A stretch of 64,000 bases of DNA, taken from NCBI GenBank assembly GCA_029572955.1, contig JAKPQE010000150.1, positions 48,614-112,613 on the forward strand. The letters are read 5' to 3'. Both the position numbers and the translations under genes were made by a program. How positions within the stretch are numbered: position 1 is the stretch's first letter; every line of letters starts with the position of its first letter. Of the stretch, positions 41,114-51,321 are shown in pieces. Source of the DNA: Pseudomonadota bacterium. GTDB lineage: Bacteria; Pseudomonadota; Alphaproteobacteria; Rhizobiales; JAKPQE01. A model generated the notes under the pieces. That model did not search any database and was not told the origin of the DNA. It saw only the letters and a program-made list of their open reading frames with translations.

Positions 41114-41502
41114 GCGGCTTGTCCCCTGCGGACCCGGCCGAGATCACCGAAACGGCCGGCGGGCTCGCTCACCCGACCCGCCTCGGTGATGCGGGCGATT
41201 CTGTTCATCAGAGACTCGCCCGCGTCGAGCTGTTCGGCAAGGTCGGCGTTGAATTTCTCGGCCTGGCGCAGGCGATGGGCCAGCGTCTTGTCGCAGTCCG
41301 ACGCCGTCGCCTTGAGGCCGATGATGGCGCGCTCGGCGATCTCGGTCGCCGTGACGAGTTCGGAGATCGTGGCGCGCAGGTCCTCCTCGTTCGCCCGGAA
41401 CATCTTCAGGCGCCGGTTGAGGACGATGCAGTAGACGATGGTCAGCACGAGAAGGACCGCAACGAGGCTTTCGACGATCATTCCGAGGGGAAGCGGGCTC
41501 AT
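41110..41502 (-). CDS. Single-TM coiled-coil flagellar protein (PflI/DUF6468-like)
   Basis: TIVYCIVLNRRL, ATEIAERAI; directly after fliM. Confidence 0.7.
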   Translation of the reverse strand: MSPLPLGMIVESLVAVLLVLTIVYCIVLNRRLKMFRANEEDLRATISELVTATEIAERAIIGLKATASDCDKTLAHRLRQAEKFNADLAEQLDAGESLMNRIARITEAGRVSEPAGRFGDLGRVRRGQAA

Positions 41503-42671
41503 GCGACCTCCGAGCGTGACGACACGGCCTTCTCGAAGGCCGCGAGGGTTGTGCGCGGGCGCCGCAGGTCGCGGTTCACCCGAACGGATATGTGCTTGTC
41601 GATGCGGCCGATATTGCCCTCGGTCAGGGACACGTCACCGCATTTCAGAAGGACCGGATCCTCGGGACGGGCCTCGAAGACGAGGGTGTCGCCGATGTTC
41701 AGCTTCATGATCTCGCCGAGCGGCATTTCCTGCTCGTAGAGCACCGCGTCGACCTCGATGTCGGCGGAGTAGATCTCGGTGGCGAGATGGCCTTCCCAGA
41801 TCGGGTCGCGGCCGAACTTCTCGCCCATGAACTGCTGCAGCAGCAGTTCGCGGATCGGCTCGATGGTGGCGTAGGGCAAGAGCATCTCGATCTTGCCGCC
41901 GCGATCTTCCATGTCGATGCGCAGCTCGACGAGGATCGCCGCGTTGGCCGGCCGCGAGATGGCGGCGAAACGCGGGTTGGTCTCCAGACGCTCCAGCGTG
42001 AAATCGACCGGCGAGAGCGGCTGGAAGGCATGCTGGGCGTCGGCCAGCACCACCTCGATCATGCGGCGCACGAGATTGCTCTCGATCGTCGTGTAGGGCC
42101 GGCCTTCGACGCGGACCGCCTGGGTGCCGCGACGGCCGCCGAGCAGCACGTCGATGATCGAGTAGATGAGGTTCGAATCGACCGTGAAGAGGCCGAAATT
42201 GTCCCACTGCTCGGCCTTGAAGACAGCCAGGATCGCCGGCAGCGGGATCGAGTTGAGATAGTCGCCGAAACGCACCGACGAGATCGAGTCGAGCGAGACC
42301 TCGACGTTGTCGGAGGTGAAGTTGCGCAGGCTCGTCGTGGTCAGCCGGACCAGCCGGTCGAACACGATCTCGAGCATCGGCAGGCGCTCGTAGGAGACGA
42401 GGGCCGAGTTGATGATGGCGCGGATGCCGGAGGTGTCGGCGCCGATATGGTCGTCGAGATTGAAGCCGAGGAGATTGTCGATCTCGTCCTGGTTGAGGAT
42501 GCGGTCGGCGCCGCGGCTCGAGGCCGAGACGTCGGGCTCGGAGTCGTCGATCATCGCGGCCCATTGGGCCGCCATATCGTCGTCGACCTCGCGACCGTCG
42601 CCTTCGGCCTGCTCTTCCAGGGCCGCTCCCCACAAGGAGGCGAGATCTTCGTCGTCTTCGTCGTCGGCCAT
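41499..42671 (-). CDS. fliM: Flagellar motor switch protein FliM
   Basis: RILNQDEIDNLLG, YERLPMLEIVFDRL, ETNPRF. Confidence 0.95.
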   Translation of the reverse strand: MADDEDDEDLASLWGAALEEQAEGDGREVDDDMAAQWAAMIDDSEPDVSASSRGADRILNQDEIDNLLGFNLDDHIGADTSGIRAIINSALVSYERLPMLEIVFDRLVRLTTTSLRNFTSDNVEVSLDSISSVRFGDYLNSIPLPAILAVFKAEQWDNFGLFTVDSNLIYSIIDVLLGGRRGTQAVRVEGRPYTTIESNLVRRMIEVVLADAQHAFQPLSPVDFTLERLETNPRFAAISRPANAAILVELRIDMEDRGGKIEMLLPYATIEPIRELLLQQFMGEKFGRDPIWEGHLATEIYSADIEVDAVLYEQEMPLGEIMKLNIGDTLVFEARPEDPVLLKCGDVSLTEGNIGRIDKHISVRVNRDLRRPRTTLAAFEKAVSSRSEVA

Positions 42672-42683
42672 CGCGCGGGTCCG

Positions 42684-43196
42684 TTACTGAACGATGATTT
42701 CGCGGAAGAGGATGCCGTCGACCTTGGCCGGATAGACGGCGACGTTGATGCGGCGCTGCAGCTCCTCGCGCAGGCGGAACAGCCCGGCGGAGCCCTCGAA
42801 ATCGGTGGTGCGCAGCTCGCGCAGATAGACCTGGAAGGCGTCGAGCACGCGCGGCATGTTCGGCTCGATCATGGCGATCGTTTCCTGATCGGCGAGTTCG
42901 AGCGACACCTTGAGGCGCAGATACTGATCGCGCGCCGTGGCCGAGACGAGGTTCACGGTCATTTCCGGCAGGTCGTAATAAACGACGGGCTTGGGCGCCG
43001 GCCCCTGATCGACGATCTCGGCGCCACCGCCGATGAGACCGAACCACCAGGCGGCACCGCCGCCGCCGACGCCGAGCACGAGGAGCGGCGCAACGACGAA
43101 CAGAAGGATCTTCTTCAGATTGAAGCCCTTCTTTTGTTCTTCGCCGCCCTCGCCTTCTTCGGCTTCGGCTTCGACCTTGTCTTCCTCGTCAGCCAT
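42684..43196 (-). CDS. fliL: Flagellar protein FliL
   Basis: TM with GGGG, VNL, YLRELR, GLFRLREEL. Confidence 0.92.
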   Translation of the reverse strand: MADEEDKVEAEAEEGEGGEEQKKGFNLKKILLFVVAPLLVLGVGGGGAAWWFGLIGGGAEIVDQGPAPKPVVYYDLPEMTVNLVSATARDQYLRLKVSLELADQETIAMIEPNMPRVLDAFQVYLRELRTTDFEGSAGLFRLREELQRRINVAVYPAKVDGILFREIIVQ

Positions 43197-43259
43197 CACC
43201 CGGCCTTTCGCAGGTTCAACCTGCTCTTTTCACCTCACTTTTTTCTAAAGAGCGCATGG

Positions 43260-43407
43260 TTAACGAAAGGTTGCCAAACACCCCTCGGGCGGCAAAATTT
43301 GCCTGGCTGGACTTGCCCAGGGCAGCTTCTTCCCGCCCCTTCGGCCCACCTGATATCCCGTAACCTATTGTTTTTACATACATCGTTGGCTTGGCACGGC
43401 TTCTGCT
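43260..43407. promoter_or_regulatory. fliL/flgF divergent control region: CtrA-like site, ftr-like site, sigma-54 promoter
   Basis: TTAA-N7-TTGC 43260-43274; CGGCA-N5-TGCC 43290-43303; TTGGCACGGCTTCTGCT 43391-43407. Confidence 0.8.
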
Positions 43408-43473
43408 AACCTTCGAAGGCGGATGCAGCACGGGGAGGTGCGGCGTCCGGGAGAGAACCGAGGTCACAAGACG

Positions 43474-44211
43474 ATGGAGAATGCCCAGATCATCGGGCTG
43501 TCGCGGCAGGTCGCCCTGCGGCGCGAACTCGACGTCATCGCCAACAATCTGGCGAATCTCAACACGACCGGATTCCGGGGGGAATCGGTCATGTTCGAGG
43601 AATATCTGATGCCGGTGGCCGAGATGGATTCGTTCCGTCAGCCGGACCGCCAGCTTTCCTATGTGCTCGACCGGGGCACCTTCCACAATTTCGACCAGGG
43701 CAACGTGGTGACGACCGGCGCGCCGCTCGACGTGGCGCTGCAGGGCGAAGGCTTCTTCGTCGTCCAGGCGCCCGAGGGCGAACGCTACACGCGCGCCGGT
43801 TCCTTCGCCATCGACAACACCGGCACCCTCGTCACCCTCGACGGCAAGCCGGTGATGGGCGAAGGCGGCACCATCGTCTTCGGCCCCGACGACGTCGACA
43901 TCGCGATCGCCGGCGACGGCACGATCTCGGTCGGCGGCGAGGCCCGCGACCGGCTGCGGGTCGTCGAGTTCGCCCAGCCGCAGCTTCTCGAAAAGGTCGG
44001 CGAGAATCTCTTTTCGGGCACCGGCGGCGCGCCGGCCGAACGCACCCGCGTCATGCAGGGCGCGCTCGAGAAGTCGAACGTGACCGCCGTCGCCGAGATC
44101 AGCCGCATGATCGAGGTCACCCGCACCTACGAAACCATCTCGCATCTCCTGGCCAAGGGCGCGGACCTGCGCTCCAAGGCCATCGAGAAGCTCGGGACCA
44201 CGAATGCCTGA
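43474..44211 (+). CDS. flgF: Basal-body rod protein FlgF
   Basis: ANNLANLNTTGF, YTRAGSF, LEKSNV. Confidence 0.93.
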   Translation: MENAQIIGLSRQVALRRELDVIANNLANLNTTGFRGESVMFEEYLMPVAEMDSFRQPDRQLSYVLDRGTFHNFDQGNVVTTGAPLDVALQGEGFFVVQAPEGERYTRAGSFAIDNTGTLVTLDGKPVMGEGGTIVFGPDDVDIAIAGDGTISVGGEARDRLRVVEFAQPQLLEKVGENLFSGTGGAPAERTRVMQGALEKSNVTAVAEISRMIEVTRTYETISHLLAKGADLRSKAIEKLGTTNA

Positions 44212-44256
44212 GGGCCCGCTCCGGTTCGGCCGGCTGAATTCTGAGGAGATCGGACG

Positions 44257-45045
44257 ATGAAGGCACTCCACACCGCCGCCACCGGCATGATGGCGCAGGA
44301 GCTCAGCGTCGAGGTCATCGCGAACAACATCGCGAACATGCGCACCACCGGCTTCAAGCGCCAGCGCGCCGAGTTCCAGGACCTGCTCTACGCCAATCTG
44401 CGGCGTACCGGCGCGGCCACCTCGGACGCCGGCACGATCGTTCCGGTCGGCGTGCAGATCGGCTCGGGCGTGCGCACGGTCGCGACGCCCCGGGTTATGA
44501 CCCAGGGCGGCGTCACCACCACCGAGCGCGAACTCGACCTTGCCCTGCGCGGCGAAGGCTTCTTCCGGGTGCAGCTTCCCGACGGGCGCACCGGCTACAC
44601 CCGCGACGGCTCGTTCGAGCGCGACGCGGAAGGCAACCTCGTCACCGCCGACGGCTACATCGTCGAGCCGGGCATCACCATTCCGGGCGATGCCAACAGC
44701 ATCACCATCAGCGCCCAGGGCCAGGTGCAGGCCTATGTCGGCACCGACACGACGCCGACCGATCTCGGCCAGGTCGACATCGCCCGTTTCGTCAACAAGA
44801 CGGGCCTCGAATCGATCGGCGACAATCTGTTCGTCGAGACCGCCTCGAGCGGTCCGGCGCAGGTCGGCGTGCCGGGCGATGCCGGCTACGGCACGCTGCT
44901 GCAGGGCTACCTCGAGGATTCCAACGTCGAGGCGGTCACCGAAATCTCCGACATGATCGCGGCCCAGCGCGCCTACGAAATGAACGCCCGCGTGATCAGC
45001 GGCGCCGACGAGATGCTCTCGTCCACCGCCAACATCCTGCGCTGA
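44257..45045 (+). CDS. flgG: Distal rod protein FlgG
   Basis: ANNIANMRTTGFK, FQDLLY, YTRDGSF, QRAYEMN. Confidence 0.96.
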   Translation: MKALHTAATGMMAQELSVEVIANNIANMRTTGFKRQRAEFQDLLYANLRRTGAATSDAGTIVPVGVQIGSGVRTVATPRVMTQGGVTTTERELDLALRGEGFFRVQLPDGRTGYTRDGSFERDAEGNLVTADGYIVEPGITIPGDANSITISAQGQVQAYVGTDTTPTDLGQVDIARFVNKTGLESIGDNLFVETASSGPAQVGVPGDAGYGTLLQGYLEDSNVEAVTEISDMIAAQRAYEMNARVISGADEMLSSTANILR

Positions 45046-45056
45046 AGGTGAGAGCC

Positions 45057-46037
45057 ATGACCATGCTGCGCAATCTCCTCCTCGGCGGCGCCCTCGGGCT
45101 CCTCGCCGTCGTGCCGGCCGCCGCCGAAGGCTTCGTGCCGCTGCTCAAGCCGCAGGTCACGGTCGCCGCCGAGCTCGTCACCGTCGGCGACCTGTTCGAC
45201 CACCCCGGCCTCAAGGCCGAGACCGCCGTGTTCCGCGCGCCGGACATCGGCACCCGCGGCACCGTCAGCGCCGAGGCCGTGGCCGGTGCGATGCGCGCCG
45301 CCGGCATCACGAGCTTCGATCTCGGCGGCCTCACCGAGGTCTCGGTCACCCGCATGAGCCGCACCATCGGCGCCGAGGAATATGCCGATTTCATCGCCGA
45401 TGCGATCGCCGCCGCCGCCGGCATCGCCGACCGGCGCCGCCTGTCGATCGCCTTCGACACGGCGCCGGGCGACACGATCGTCAATCCGAACCTGCGCGAA
45501 GTGCTGAAGGTCGTCGGCCTCAACTATTCGCGCATCAACGGCCGCTTCGAGGTCGTGGTGCAGCCGAGCCGGCCGGGTGCCGAAGCCGAGCGCTTCACCG
45601 GCACCGCCATCGAACTCTTCGAGATCCCGGTGCTGACCCGCACGCTGTCGCGCGGCGACGTCATCCGCGCCGGCGACATCTCCTACGAGCGGGTGCCGCG
45701 CAACCGGCTGCCGCGCGAGGCGACGGCGGATCTCGCCGACGTGATCGGCCTCGCCGCCCGCCGGCCGATGGCCGCCGGCACCCCGGTCGCCGCCGTCGAC
45801 TTCCGCGCCCCGACCCTCGTTCAGCGCAACGAGACGGTGACGATCCTCTACACGATCGGCGGCATGAACCTGACCGCCCGCGGCCAGGTGCTCGACAGCG
45901 GCAGCAAGGGCGACCTCGTCTCGGTCCGCAATGTCCAGTCCAAGAAGGTGATCCAGGCGACCGTCACCGGCTCCGGTACGGTTTCCGTCTACAGCGCCGG
46001 CGGCCGTGTCGCCGCCGTCGCGGGAGGTGTGCAATGA
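45057..46037 (+). CDS. flgA: P-ring formation chaperone FlgA
   Basis: Signal peptide, SAF-like C-terminus; between flgG and flgH. Confidence 0.88.
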   Translation: MTMLRNLLLGGALGLLAVVPAAAEGFVPLLKPQVTVAAELVTVGDLFDHPGLKAETAVFRAPDIGTRGTVSAEAVAGAMRAAGITSFDLGGLTEVSVTRMSRTIGAEEYADFIADAIAAAAGIADRRRLSIAFDTAPGDTIVNPNLREVLKVVGLNYSRINGRFEVVVQPSRPGAEAERFTGTAIELFEIPVLTRTLSRGDVIRAGDISYERVPRNRLPREATADLADVIGLAARRPMAAGTPVAAVDFRAPTLVQRNETVTILYTIGGMNLTARGQVLDSGSKGDLVSVRNVQSKKVIQATVTGSGTVSVYSAGGRVAAVAGGVQ

Positions 46038-46786
46038 TCCGCGTCCGTTTCGCCCCGATCGCCGTCTGCCTTCTCGGCGCGAGCCTCCTTGCCGGCTGCG
46101 GCACCGTCGACAAGCTGAAGGATGTGGGCCGCGGCCCGCAGCTCTCGGCGATCGACAACCCGGCGACCCAGCCCGGCTACAAGCCGGTGCAGATGCCGAT
46201 GCCGGCGCCGGAAATGGCGACCTACAGCCCCAATTCGCTGTGGCGGACCGGCTCGCGCGCCTTCTTCAAGGATCAGCGCGCCCATCAGGTCGGCGACATC
46301 CTCACGATCCACGTGGCGATTTCCGACCAGGCCAAGATCGACAACGCCACCAACCGCAAGCGCTCGGCGAGCGAGGACTGGGGCGTTGCCGGCAATCTCG
46401 ACAGCCCGCTGGTCGAACGCTGGCTGATGCCGGACTCGACCTCGGCCTCGACCGTGCTCGACTCGACCTCGGGCGCCACCACCACCGGTTCCGGCTCGGT
46501 CAAGCGCTCCGAGCAGGTCGATACCAACATCGCCGCCGTCGTCATGCAGGTGCTGCCGAACGGCAATCTCGTCATCGAAGGAAAGCAGGAGGTCCGCGTC
46601 AATTTCGAAATTCGCGAGATGATCGTCGCCGGCATCGTCCGTCCGGAGGACATCGCCGCCGACAACACCATCGAGTCGACCAAGATCGCCCAGGCCCGCA
46701 TCTCCTACGGCGGCCGCGGCCAGATCACCGACGTGCAGCAGCCCCGCTACGGGCAGCAGGTTCTCGATATCATCCTGCCGTTCTGA
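46034..46786 (+). CDS. flgH: L-ring protein FlgH
   Basis: Lipobox LAGC, FFKDQRA, VLPNGNL, GIVRPEDI. Confidence 0.96.
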   Translation: MIRVRFAPIAVCLLGASLLAGCGTVDKLKDVGRGPQLSAIDNPATQPGYKPVQMPMPAPEMATYSPNSLWRTGSRAFFKDQRAHQVGDILTIHVAISDQAKIDNATNRKRSASEDWGVAGNLDSPLVERWLMPDSTSASTVLDSTSGATTTGSGSVKRSEQVDTNIAAVVMQVLPNGNLVIEGKQEVRVNFEIREMIVAGIVRPEDIAADNTIESTKIAQARISYGGRGQITDVQQPRYGQQVLDIILPF

Positions 46787-46821
46787 TCCTCCCCTCCCCA
46801 CCAAACGGAACGGCAAACAGG

Positions 46822-46856
46822 AACGTGGCCCCGGTTTCTCTCCCCGGGGCCACGTT
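46822..46856. terminator. Hairpin terminator between convergent flgH and dksA
   Basis: 13-bp perfect stem AACGTGGCCCCGG/CCGGGGCCACGTT. Confidence 0.7.
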
Positions 46857-46901
46857 TCGTTTCGTCGCGATGTCTTGCGTTGTGGGAACGACCGGTGCCG
46901 C

Positions 46902-47330
46902 TCAGTCGTCGCGATAGACCCGCTCGCGGCGCTCGTGGCGCTCCTGGGCTTCCAGCGACAGCGTGGCGATCGGCCGGGCGTCGAGGCGCTTCAGCGAGAT
47001 CGGCTCGCCGGTTTCCTCGCAATAGCCGTAGGTTCCATCCTCGATCCGGTCGAGCGCGGCCTCGATCTTGGAGATCAGCTTGCGCTGGCGGTCGCGGGCG
47101 CGCAGCTCGATGGCGCGGTCGGTTTCGGAGGATGCCCGGTCGGCGAGATCCGGGTGGTTCTGGTTGTCATCCTGCAGGTGCTGCAGCGTCTCGCGGCTCT
47201 CCTTGAGGATGTCGTCCTTCCAGGAATTGAGCTTGGCGCGGAAATACTCGCGCTGGCGCTCGTTCATGAAAGGCTCGTCGTCGGTCGGATGATAATCCGC
47301 TTCGATCTCTGCAATCATGTGCGAACCCAT
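46902..47330 (-). CDS. dksA: RNA polymerase-binding factor DksA
   Basis: PDLADRAS, RDRQRKLISKI, YGYCEETGEPI, RLDARP. Confidence 0.95.
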   Translation of the reverse strand: MGSHMIAEIEADYHPTDDEPFMNERQREYFRAKLNSWKDDILKESRETLQHLQDDNQNHPDLADRASSETDRAIELRARDRQRKLISKIEAALDRIEDGTYGYCEETGEPISLKRLDARPIATLSLEAQERHERRERVYRDD

Positions 47331-47570
47331 TCTGCTCCAGACTCGAATTGGCGCGGAATATAGCGACACCGACCGCCTACGACAATACGTGCGGGGGGTC
47401 GCTGTGGCGCCTCATTTGCATTTATTTATCAATGTTTTATGACAGCTTCCGGAGTTCGCTGCAGCGCCAGATTTCTTTTTGCGGCGCACCATTTCCGGTT
47501 TCGTCGACCGTCGCGGCGGCGATTGTCGGCAGCGCGACGCCGTGTCGCGGCACCGGAGCCGCCGTCACGG

Positions 47571-47987
47571 TCAGCGCCCGAGCTTGGCGAGTTCGACGCG
47601 GGCGCGCAGCTCGATTTCGGCGAGCAGCGCGTCGAGCTTCTCGTCGCCCGTCGCGTCCTGCTGACGCTCCACGACGACGAGCAGCCGGGTCAGCCGCTCC
47701 GGCGAGACGCGGCCGGCCAGAAGGTCGAGTTTCAGCTGCTCGAGAATGTCGAGAATGTCGAAGCCGCGGCGCACGGCGCGCTTGCGGCCGGTCAGCGGAT
47801 CCTCGACGCCCTGCAGCGCGAGCAGCGCGTCGATGCCCTGCAGGCCGCGGGTCGCGCCGGCGGCGGTGCTGCGCTGGGTTTCGGCCTGTTCTTCCTCGAG
47901 CGTGAAGAGGCTGCCGCTGCCGGCCTTGCGACGCCCGCTCTGGGCCGCACCGACCGCATTCAGTCGACCGGGTCCGTTGACGTACAT
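47571..47987 (-). CDS. fliX: Flagellar assembly regulator FliX
   Basis: IDALLALQ, EIELRARVELAK; divergent from flgI. Confidence 0.88.
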   Translation of the reverse strand: MYVNGPGRLNAVGAAQSGRRKAGSGSLFTLEEEQAETQRSTAAGATRGLQGIDALLALQGVEDPLTGRKRAVRRGFDILDILEQLKLDLLAGRVSPERLTRLLVVVERQQDATGDEKLDALLAEIELRARVELAKLGR

Positions 47988-48090
47988 CGTGCTCCTGCCC
48001 TTTCACCGCCCGCCATCTGCGAGATATGGGGCGCAACGACCGGATTCGGCCGGTTCGCGGCCCATTTCAGGCATGCTTTGGCCGGCATGG

Positions 48091-48250
48091 TTAAGAGAAG
48101 GTAAACGACCCGGCAGGATTTGCCGCCCGGGGCGGAAAATACCGCCCTCCCCGAGCCCGGCGGGGGTCGCGCGGAGATTCCGGAAAATCCGGCAAGCCCT
48201 TGAGATTCCTTCCCGACGCCCTTCCACAGGGGTCTGGCATGGCTCTCGCA
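48091..48250. promoter_or_regulatory. fliX/flgI divergent control region: CtrA-like site, ftr site, sigma-54 promoter
   Basis: TTAA-N7-TAAA 48091-48105; CGGCAGGATTTGCCG 48111-48125; CTGGCATGGCTCTCGCA 48234-48250. Confidence 0.8.
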
Positions 48251-48293
48251 TGGCGGATTGCGAGAGAACGTGTCGCCGGTGGGGGCGAAAACA

Positions 48294-49457
48294 ATGAACT
48301 ATGACAAGACGCTGGCTTTCGCGGTGCGGGGCGTCCGCTTCATCGGCGCGCTCGCGACCGGGCTCGCCGCGGTGGGCATCGCCATCGCGCTCACCGTCCA
48401 GACGGCGGCAGCGGCCTCGCGCATCAAGGACATCGCCGACGTCGAGGGCGTGCGCGAGAACCAGCTCATCGGCTACGGCCTCGTCGTCGGCCTCAACGGC
48501 ACCGGCGACGGCCTCACCAATTCGCCCTTCACCCTGCAGAGCTTGCAGGCGATGCTGGAACGGCTCGGCGTCAACACCCACGGCGCCAAGCTGAAGACGG
48601 CCAATGTCGCGGCCGTCATGGTCACCGCCAACCTGCCGGCCTTCGCCACCCAGGGCACCCGCCTCGACGTCGCGGTCAGCGCCCTCGGCGACGCCACCAG
48701 TCTCGACGGCGGCACCCTGCTCGTCACGCCGCTGCTCGGCGCCGACGGCGAGGTCTATGCGATCGCCCAGGGCACCGTGGCGATCGGCGGTTTCGTCGCC
48801 AAGGGCGATGCCGCCTCGATCACCAAGGGCGTGCCGACCACCGGCCGGATTTCCAACGGCGGCGTCGTCGAGCGCGAGATCGACTTCAAGCTGGCGACGA
48901 TGACCACCGTCCGGCTCGCCCTGCGCAACCCGGACCTCACCACGGCGCGCCGCGTCGCCATCTCGATCAACGAGCTGATCGGCCAGCCGGTCGCCATGCC
49001 GACCGATCCGGCGACCGTGCGCCTCGATCTGCCGAACGGTTTCAACGGCAATATCGTCGACCTCCTGACCGACATCGAGCAGCTCGTCGTCGAGCCCGAC
49101 CAGCCGGCCAAGGTGGTGATCGACGAGCAGTCCGGCATCATCGTCATGGGCCGCGACGTGCGCGTGAACACCGTCGCGATCGCCCAGGGCAATCTCACGG
49201 TGACGATCTCCGAGACACCGCAGGTGAGCCAGGCCGAGCCCCTCGCCCCCGGTGGCGCCACCGTCGTCGTGCCGCGCACCCAGGTCGACGTCAACGACGG
49301 CAGCGGCGCCCAGCTCGCGGTCGTTCAGGAGGGCATCACCCTTCACGAACTGGTCGACGGGCTCAACGCCCTCGGCATCGGCCCGCGCGATCTCATCGCC
49401 ATCCTGCAGGCGATCAAGGCCGCCGGCGCCCTCCAGGCCGACATCGAGGTGCTGTGA
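48294..49457 (+). CDS. flgI: P-ring protein FlgI
   Basis: RIKDI, NQLIGYGLVVGLNGTGD, ILQAIKAAGAL. Confidence 0.97.
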   Translation: MNYDKTLAFAVRGVRFIGALATGLAAVGIAIALTVQTAAAASRIKDIADVEGVRENQLIGYGLVVGLNGTGDGLTNSPFTLQSLQAMLERLGVNTHGAKLKTANVAAVMVTANLPAFATQGTRLDVAVSALGDATSLDGGTLLVTPLLGADGEVYAIAQGTVAIGGFVAKGDAASITKGVPTTGRISNGGVVEREIDFKLATMTTVRLALRNPDLTTARRVAISINELIGQPVAMPTDPATVRLDLPNGFNGNIVDLLTDIEQLVVEPDQPAKVVIDEQSGIIVMGRDVRVNTVAIAQGNLTVTISETPQVSQAEPLAPGGATVVVPRTQVDVNDGSGAQLAVVQEGITLHELVDGLNALGIGPRDLIAILQAIKAAGALQADIEVL

Positions 49458-49759
49458 TGACCGCCGCCGCGCTTCAGCTTTCCCTCGCCGGATCGAACGC
49501 CCGGACCGCCGCGCTGCCCGACAATGTCGCCAAGGCGCGCGCCTCGGCCGAGGAATTCGAGGCGATCTTCCTGTCGACCATGCTCTCGGAGGCTTTCCCG
49601 AAGACCGAAGAGACGCCGTTCACCGGCGGTCAGGCGGAAGACACCTGGCGCGGCTTCATGATCGACGAATACGGCAAGGCGATCGCCAAGGGTGGCGGTC
49701 TCGGCCTTGCCGATCACATCCAGCGCGAGCTTCTCGCCATGCAGGAGGCGTCCCGATGA
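49457..49759 (+). CDS. Rod-binding protein (short FlgJ-like)
   Basis: AEEFEAIFL, GGLGLAD; no muramidase domain. Confidence 0.82.
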   Translation: MTAAALQLSLAGSNARTAALPDNVAKARASAEEFEAIFLSTMLSEAFPKTEETPFTGGQAEDTWRGFMIDEYGKAIAKGGGLGLADHIQRELLAMQEASR

Positions 49760-50256
49760 CCCCGCCGAACGGCACTCCCGCCTCGCCCGTCCTCGAGAAC
49801 GCGCCGGTGATGCTGGTGACGCGCGCCGATGCCGAGCAGGTCTGCGAGCGCATCGTCGAGACGATGAAGAAGCTGCAGGCGCTGATCCTCGACGAAACCC
49901 GCCTCTTCAAGACCGGCAAGATCGCCGCCGCGAGCGAGCTTGCCCTGGCCAAGTCGGAACTCGCCCGCCAGTATTCGTCTGACATGCGGTTCGCCAAGGA
50001 CAATCAGGCGCTGCTCTCCAAGCTGGTGCCGGTTCAGGTCGATGCGATCCGCCGCCTGCACGAGACCTTCCGTGGCGAGCTGCAGGTGAACCTCGCCGTC
50101 ATCGCCACCGCCAAGGCGGTCTCGGAAGACCTGGTGCGCGGCGTCTCGAACGTGATTTCCAAGGCCGAACGGCCGCAGACCTATGGCGCCCAGGGCCGGA
50201 TGGCCGGCACCACGGGCGCACCGCGCCACGGCATCACCGTCAATCGTTCGCTGTAG
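49756..50256 (+). CDS. Hypothetical helical flagellar protein (FlgN-like)
   Basis: RBS GGAGG, ATGA coupling, C-terminal TYG motif. Confidence 0.65.
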   Translation: MTPPNGTPASPVLENAPVMLVTRADAEQVCERIVETMKKLQALILDETRLFKTGKIAAASELALAKSELARQYSSDMRFAKDNQALLSKLVPVQVDAIRRLHETFRGELQVNLAVIATAKAVSEDLVRGVSNVISKAERPQTYGAQGRMAGTTGAPRHGITVNRSL

Positions 50257-50585
50257 CGGTCGCCTCGCGCCCGACCACGGCGCCGGCGCACCGCAAGACC
50301 CGAGCACGGCACGCGCGGGGTCACCCCGGAAACGGGGCGGCCCCGCAATCGTCTCGGGCGCCCGCCGTTCATCGTGTCTTCACCACAACCTGGCGTTTCC
50401 GTGCACCGGGCGGTTCAAAACGCGGCCGCGATTCGGCCGCCAAGTTGTTGATGATTCGATCTTCTTGGCAATTCTCGAACCTCAGCAAGTCTAAGCATTC
50501 CGTTAATCGCGGATTCATTTCTCTGCCTTAGTATCGCCAGCATAGGTGTACCAGAAGCAGGAGGCTTGACGCCCAAGGAGGGGTG

Positions 50586-50972
50586 ATGGACGGCCTAAGC
50601 ATGAAGGGGTCGATGCCGGCGATGGCATATGCCACGCCGCGACCTACCGAGCGGCAGGAAAACGCCGCACAGACGGAACTTGCCGCGCCCAAGAGCGTGC
50701 CTCAGGCCGGCAAGATCGAAGAACATCAGGACATGGGCAAGCGCCCGCAAATGGCGCAGACCCAGAAGACCTTCGAGGTCGATCCGGAAACCGCGGAATT
50801 CGTATTCAAGGCGGTCGACACCCGGACGGGCGAGACGGTGAACCAGCTTCCGGCGGAGACGATCCTGAAGCTGCGCGCCTATGCGAAAGAAGGCGCCCAG
50901 CAAAAGGAAAGCCGGGTCCGGGAGCACGAGGACCAGGATCCGGAAAACGCCCACGTCGACCGCGAGGCGTGA
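50586..50972 (+). CDS. FlaG-like protein
   Basis: FKAVDTRTGETVNQLPAETILKLRAY; RBS AAGGAG. Confidence 0.7.
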   Translation: MDGLSMKGSMPAMAYATPRPTERQENAAQTELAAPKSVPQAGKIEEHQDMGKRPQMAQTQKTFEVDPETAEFVFKAVDTRTGETVNQLPAETILKLRAYAKEGAQQKESRVREHEDQDPENAHVDREA

Positions 50973-51010
50973 CCGAGCCCCGGCTTCGGCCAGCGCGATC
51001 GAGCTTCATC

Positions 51011-51045
51011 GAAAAGGCCACACGCCAACCGCGTGTGGCTTTTTC
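51011..51045. terminator. Intrinsic terminator after FlaG-like gene
   Basis: GCCACACGC-loop-GCGTGTGGC flanked by A and T tracts. Confidence 0.7.
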
Positions 51046-51321
51046 GTACGTCTCGCCTGCCCTGCCCTGCCCGGCCTTTTTCGGGCGTTACTTTCCGACC
51101 GGTCGTTATTCTTCACTCCGTTTTTGCAACGCCGCCGGGAAGGCTCCCGGAAACACCCGGAAACGATCTGTAAACCACTGCAATTATTTCAGAATTATTC
51201 CGCGAAAGATCGCAATTCGCGGCCCCGTATTAACCCGAAATTATGAGATGGGCCCGGATAGTCGGTGCGGCTGCAGGACGCAGCCATTTTACACATCAAC
51301 GCTCCTAGAAAGGGAAACGAC

